DNA of 64,000 nucleotides from Escherichia coli (GTDB lineage Bacteria; Pseudomonadota; Gammaproteobacteria; Enterobacterales; Enterobacteriaceae): NCBI RefSeq assembly GCF_011045215.1, contig NZ_CP049202.1; one strand, 5' to 3'. Shown piece by piece: positions 61,646 to 64,000 of this stretch (position 1 is its first letter; each line of letters starts with the position of its first letter). The notes under the pieces were generated by a model. It saw only the letters and a program-made list of their open reading frames with translations, ran no database searches and was not told where the DNA came from. The position numbers and the translations under genes were made by a program.

Positions 61646-62098
61646 TTAATTACCCGTAGGGTTTTCTCTCAGTTTTTCTGCCAGTTTTAAAAAAGCATCA
61701 AATTCTTTCTGATCTGCACATATTTTACTGGCTGTAACCGACACGGTTATTCCTGATATGTTATTGGCAGAGTCTTTAACATCATTATTATGGACGGAGA
61801 CATTATCGGGACTGAAAATATAAACCTTTTCTCTGGGATAATCCCTGTCCACATCCTCCCGCCACTGAATCTGTTCTTTATCAAAACGGTGATACATTAT
61901 TGAGGAAAACCGGCACAGCCAGTCGTCAATGCATGACAGCTTATCCAGTAATTGTTGCGAATGACGGACCTCACTGGCAAGCTGCCGGCACTCCATAATG
62001 CACCGTGACACACCACCATTTGCATTCACAAGCGCTTTCATTTCCAGCAGAACACCCATATCAAGTATTCTGGAGCCATATTTTATATTATTACTCAT
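61646..62098 (-). CDS. hypothetical cytoplasmic protein (150 aa), gene B of an AT-rich two-gene insert
   Basis: ATG 62098 with AGGAGG Shine-Dalgarno; start overlaps the stop of the upstream gene (ATGAGTAA); no family recognised. Confidence 0.5.
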   Translation of the reverse strand: MSNNIKYGSRILDMGVLLEMKALVNANGGVSRCIMECRQLASEVRHSQQLLDKLSCIDDWLCRFSSIMYHRFDKEQIQWREDVDRDYPREKVYIFSPDNVSVHNNDVKDSANNISGITVSVTASKICADQKEFDAFLKLAEKLRENPTGN

Positions 62099-62426
62099 TA
62101 CATCCTCCTCTGTTTTTGTTTACACACTTACCTGGCATAAACGCATCAGAGCACAAATATTTAAAAAACACAGCAGCAAAAGCACACACAAATGCAGCTT
62201 TCAGATATAGCCGGACCAGAAACATTTTCCCTGACATATCTGACTGTTGCCATTCATAAATAACCTCACTGAGGACACTATCAGGAACAAAATAAAACAA
62301 TATTGCAGGTGCCATTACCAGATTAAAAGGAAACCATTTTAATGGTTCATTTATCAGCCGGATAAGCACACAACCTGTTCTTTTTAAATTATGTGTGTAT
62401 TTACTTTTTATCATCTCAATTTTCAT
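62091..62426 (-). CDS. hypothetical small membrane protein (about 111 aa), gene A of an AT-rich two-gene insert
   Basis: ATG 62426 with GAGGAA Shine-Dalgarno; two predicted transmembrane helices; Cys-rich C-terminus. Confidence 0.5.
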   Translation of the reverse strand: MKIEMIKSKYTHNLKRTGCVLIRLINEPLKWFPFNLVMAPAILFYFVPDSVLSEVIYEWQQSDMSGKMFLVRLYLKAAFVCAFAAVFFKYLCSDAFMPGKCVNKNRGGCNE

Positions 62427-62454
62427 AGATATTCCTCTCATTTGTTAACTCGAT

Positions 62455-63447
62455 TTACAGGAAGACACAGTTACGTTTACGCCACATCAGGTAGCCGAAG
62501 TTTTTCTTTGTGTTGGGCGGATTTTTCCCGGTTTCCCAGCGGGTCACGCTGCGCCCGAACGGGTGGCACTGTCCGCTGTCCGGGTACATATTCACCATCT
62601 GGTAACGCCAGCGTTCTTTGGGCAGGATTGGGGACGGATATTCATTACAGACGGCGTTATTTTTCCCGATGGTTTCCATAATCATGCCCTGACGGTGCAG
62701 CTTGAACGCCATGCGTTCACTGACCAGCAGGGAGGACTGCAACGGACTGGACTCATTACTCACCCAGCCATTGAACGGGTACATGCTGCCCTGCGAGCCG
62801 GCACACCAGAACAGAACATCGAGAGGCATATTAAAGGCGCTGGCAATCGCATCTGCTGCACAGGCCCCCTGTGCTATCGGATTGGCAAAGATGACAGCTT
62901 CCGGATTGAGAATGGTGGTCAGGCTGCTGTCCGTCCAGGTGGGGTCAATTTCAGAAAGATAAGCGATATCCAGGTCACCACCTTCCAGACAGCCCAGCGA
63001 TGTGATGATGTTAAGCCAGTACGTCAGCGGGTATTTGTACCAGTGAACGTGATAGAACGCCCCGTTCACCTGCTTCTCATCCTTTTTCGCCGTTCCCTGT
63101 GCCGTTTTACCAAAAGCCGGCAGGCTGAAGCCCAGGTTCACCATGCATCCCGGTGACCGGGTGACGTCCGTCAGCGCCATCGGCTCCCAGTAACCAATGG
63201 CCAGCCCGATACGCCTGAACAGCGGCGGCGGTGCCGGACAAATCTGAATGGGCATCGACGGGTTCGCCGTGTCGGGGACCTTACCCTGACTGACTTTGAT
63301 ACTGCCCAGCGAGAGCGGGAAAATACAGCTCCAGCAGATATCCGTGATCGGGTTTACAAAACGCCCCTCACAGGCAGAATCCGCAGACGCCGCAGGGACA
63401 TGACCGGCGAGAAGGAATAACATCAGCAGCCACAGGCTTCGCTTCAT
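62455..63447 (-). CDS. traU: TraU pilus assembly protein
   Basis: 330 aa with signal peptide; F-type position between traW and trbC. Confidence 0.9.
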   Translation of the reverse strand: MKRSLWLLMLFLLAGHVPAASADSACEGRFVNPITDICWSCIFPLSLGSIKVSQGKVPDTANPSMPIQICPAPPPLFRRIGLAIGYWEPMALTDVTRSPGCMVNLGFSLPAFGKTAQGTAKKDEKQVNGAFYHVHWYKYPLTYWLNIITSLGCLEGGDLDIAYLSEIDPTWTDSSLTTILNPEAVIFANPIAQGACAADAIASAFNMPLDVLFWCAGSQGSMYPFNGWVSNESSPLQSSLLVSERMAFKLHRQGMIMETIGKNNAVCNEYPSPILPKERWRYQMVNMYPDSGQCHPFGRSVTRWETGKNPPNTKKNFGYLMWRKRNCVFL

Positions 63448-64000
63448 TTTCTGCCCTCCTCTGCCGGAATAAATTCCACCTTCAGGAAGCGATCGCCGGG
63501 AACGGCGCTCACCCGTGCCGGGACCTGATCAATGCCGAGGCGCTGGCAGAGCACACCGTTCTGGTCAAAGTAAACACGGCTGTCCAGAGACTTCTGCATC
63601 TCCGGGATACTGCCCTGCACGAGGATAATTTTGCTCTCCAGTGTGGGCGGCGTCTGGCGTTTCATCCAGGCCACCTGCGCCGGATCATCGCCATTGATGA
63701 AATACAGCGTCTGGTTAAAAGGAACATACTGCAGCGGATTCATCACTTCACCCTGACGGGCAAACACCCGCCCTTCGTTATCCCGGATATCCGCAGCCAG
63801 TCTGACGGACGGGTCAAACAACCGGCTGCCGTATTTCTCCGTGCGTCCGATACCGGGCACGGCAGGGGGCCGCAGACTGTTGCGGATCACCCGCTCCTTA
63901 AAGGCATCCATTTTCCGGCCCATCTCACCGGACTGCTCCAGTGCCGTCAGGCGCTGCATGATCACCGTCAGCATGTCCGGCTCCTTTACCGGCCACAGAT
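63444..64000 (-). CDS. traW: TraW pilus assembly protein, C-terminal part (5' end beyond window)
   Basis: Frame open to the window edge; 4-bp overlap with traU; synteny. Confidence 0.75.
   Translation of the reverse strand, partial: LWPVKEPDMLTVIMQRLTALEQSGEMGRKMDAFKERVIRNSLRPPAVPGIGRTEKYGSRLFDPSVRLAADIRDNEGRVFARQGEVMNPLQYVPFNQTLYFINGDDPAQVAWMKRQTPPTLESKIILVQGSIPEMQKSLDSRVYFDQNGVLCQRLGIDQVPARVSAVPGDRFLKVEFIPAEEGRK

Overview
This window reads as a segment of an F-like (IncF) conjugative plasmid from Enterobacteriaceae; all calls are from manual reading of the sequence and ORF track, with no database searches. Layout: (i) 1-13.9 kb is a nested insertion-sequence pile-up: four IS66-family copies (two intact, one with an 8-bp target duplication), plus an IS110-family element whose transposase is split by a 2131-bp IS21-family element. 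(ii) 14.4-22.8 kb carries a yiaY-like iron alcohol dehydrogenase and a pef/pap-like chaperone-usher fimbrial operon with PapB-like and PapI-like regulators. (iii) 23-33 kb is an accessory mosaic: truncated IS2, a second IS110-family element, parDE, a second PapB-like gene, an AraC/Rob-like regulator, ISL3/ISKra4-like/Tn3 remnants, a serine recombinase and several AT-rich unknown genes. (iv) 33.8-38.9 kb holds relBE, an IncFII/FIC-type replicon (oriR with DnaA box, repA, copA antisense RNA, repA2/copB), a GNAT/RHH toxin-antitoxin pair bracketed by direct repeats, and a hok/srnB-type toxin. (v) 40-64 kb is the distal F-type transfer region (finO through traW, partial), interrupted by cargo ORFs that I do not recall as part of the canonical F tra gene order. 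The best candidates for something undescribed are the AT-rich two-gene operon between trbC and traU, the membrane-protein gene between traT and traD, the out-of-frame tandem RepA arrangement, and a conserved ~115-bp element found upstream of two different TA operons.
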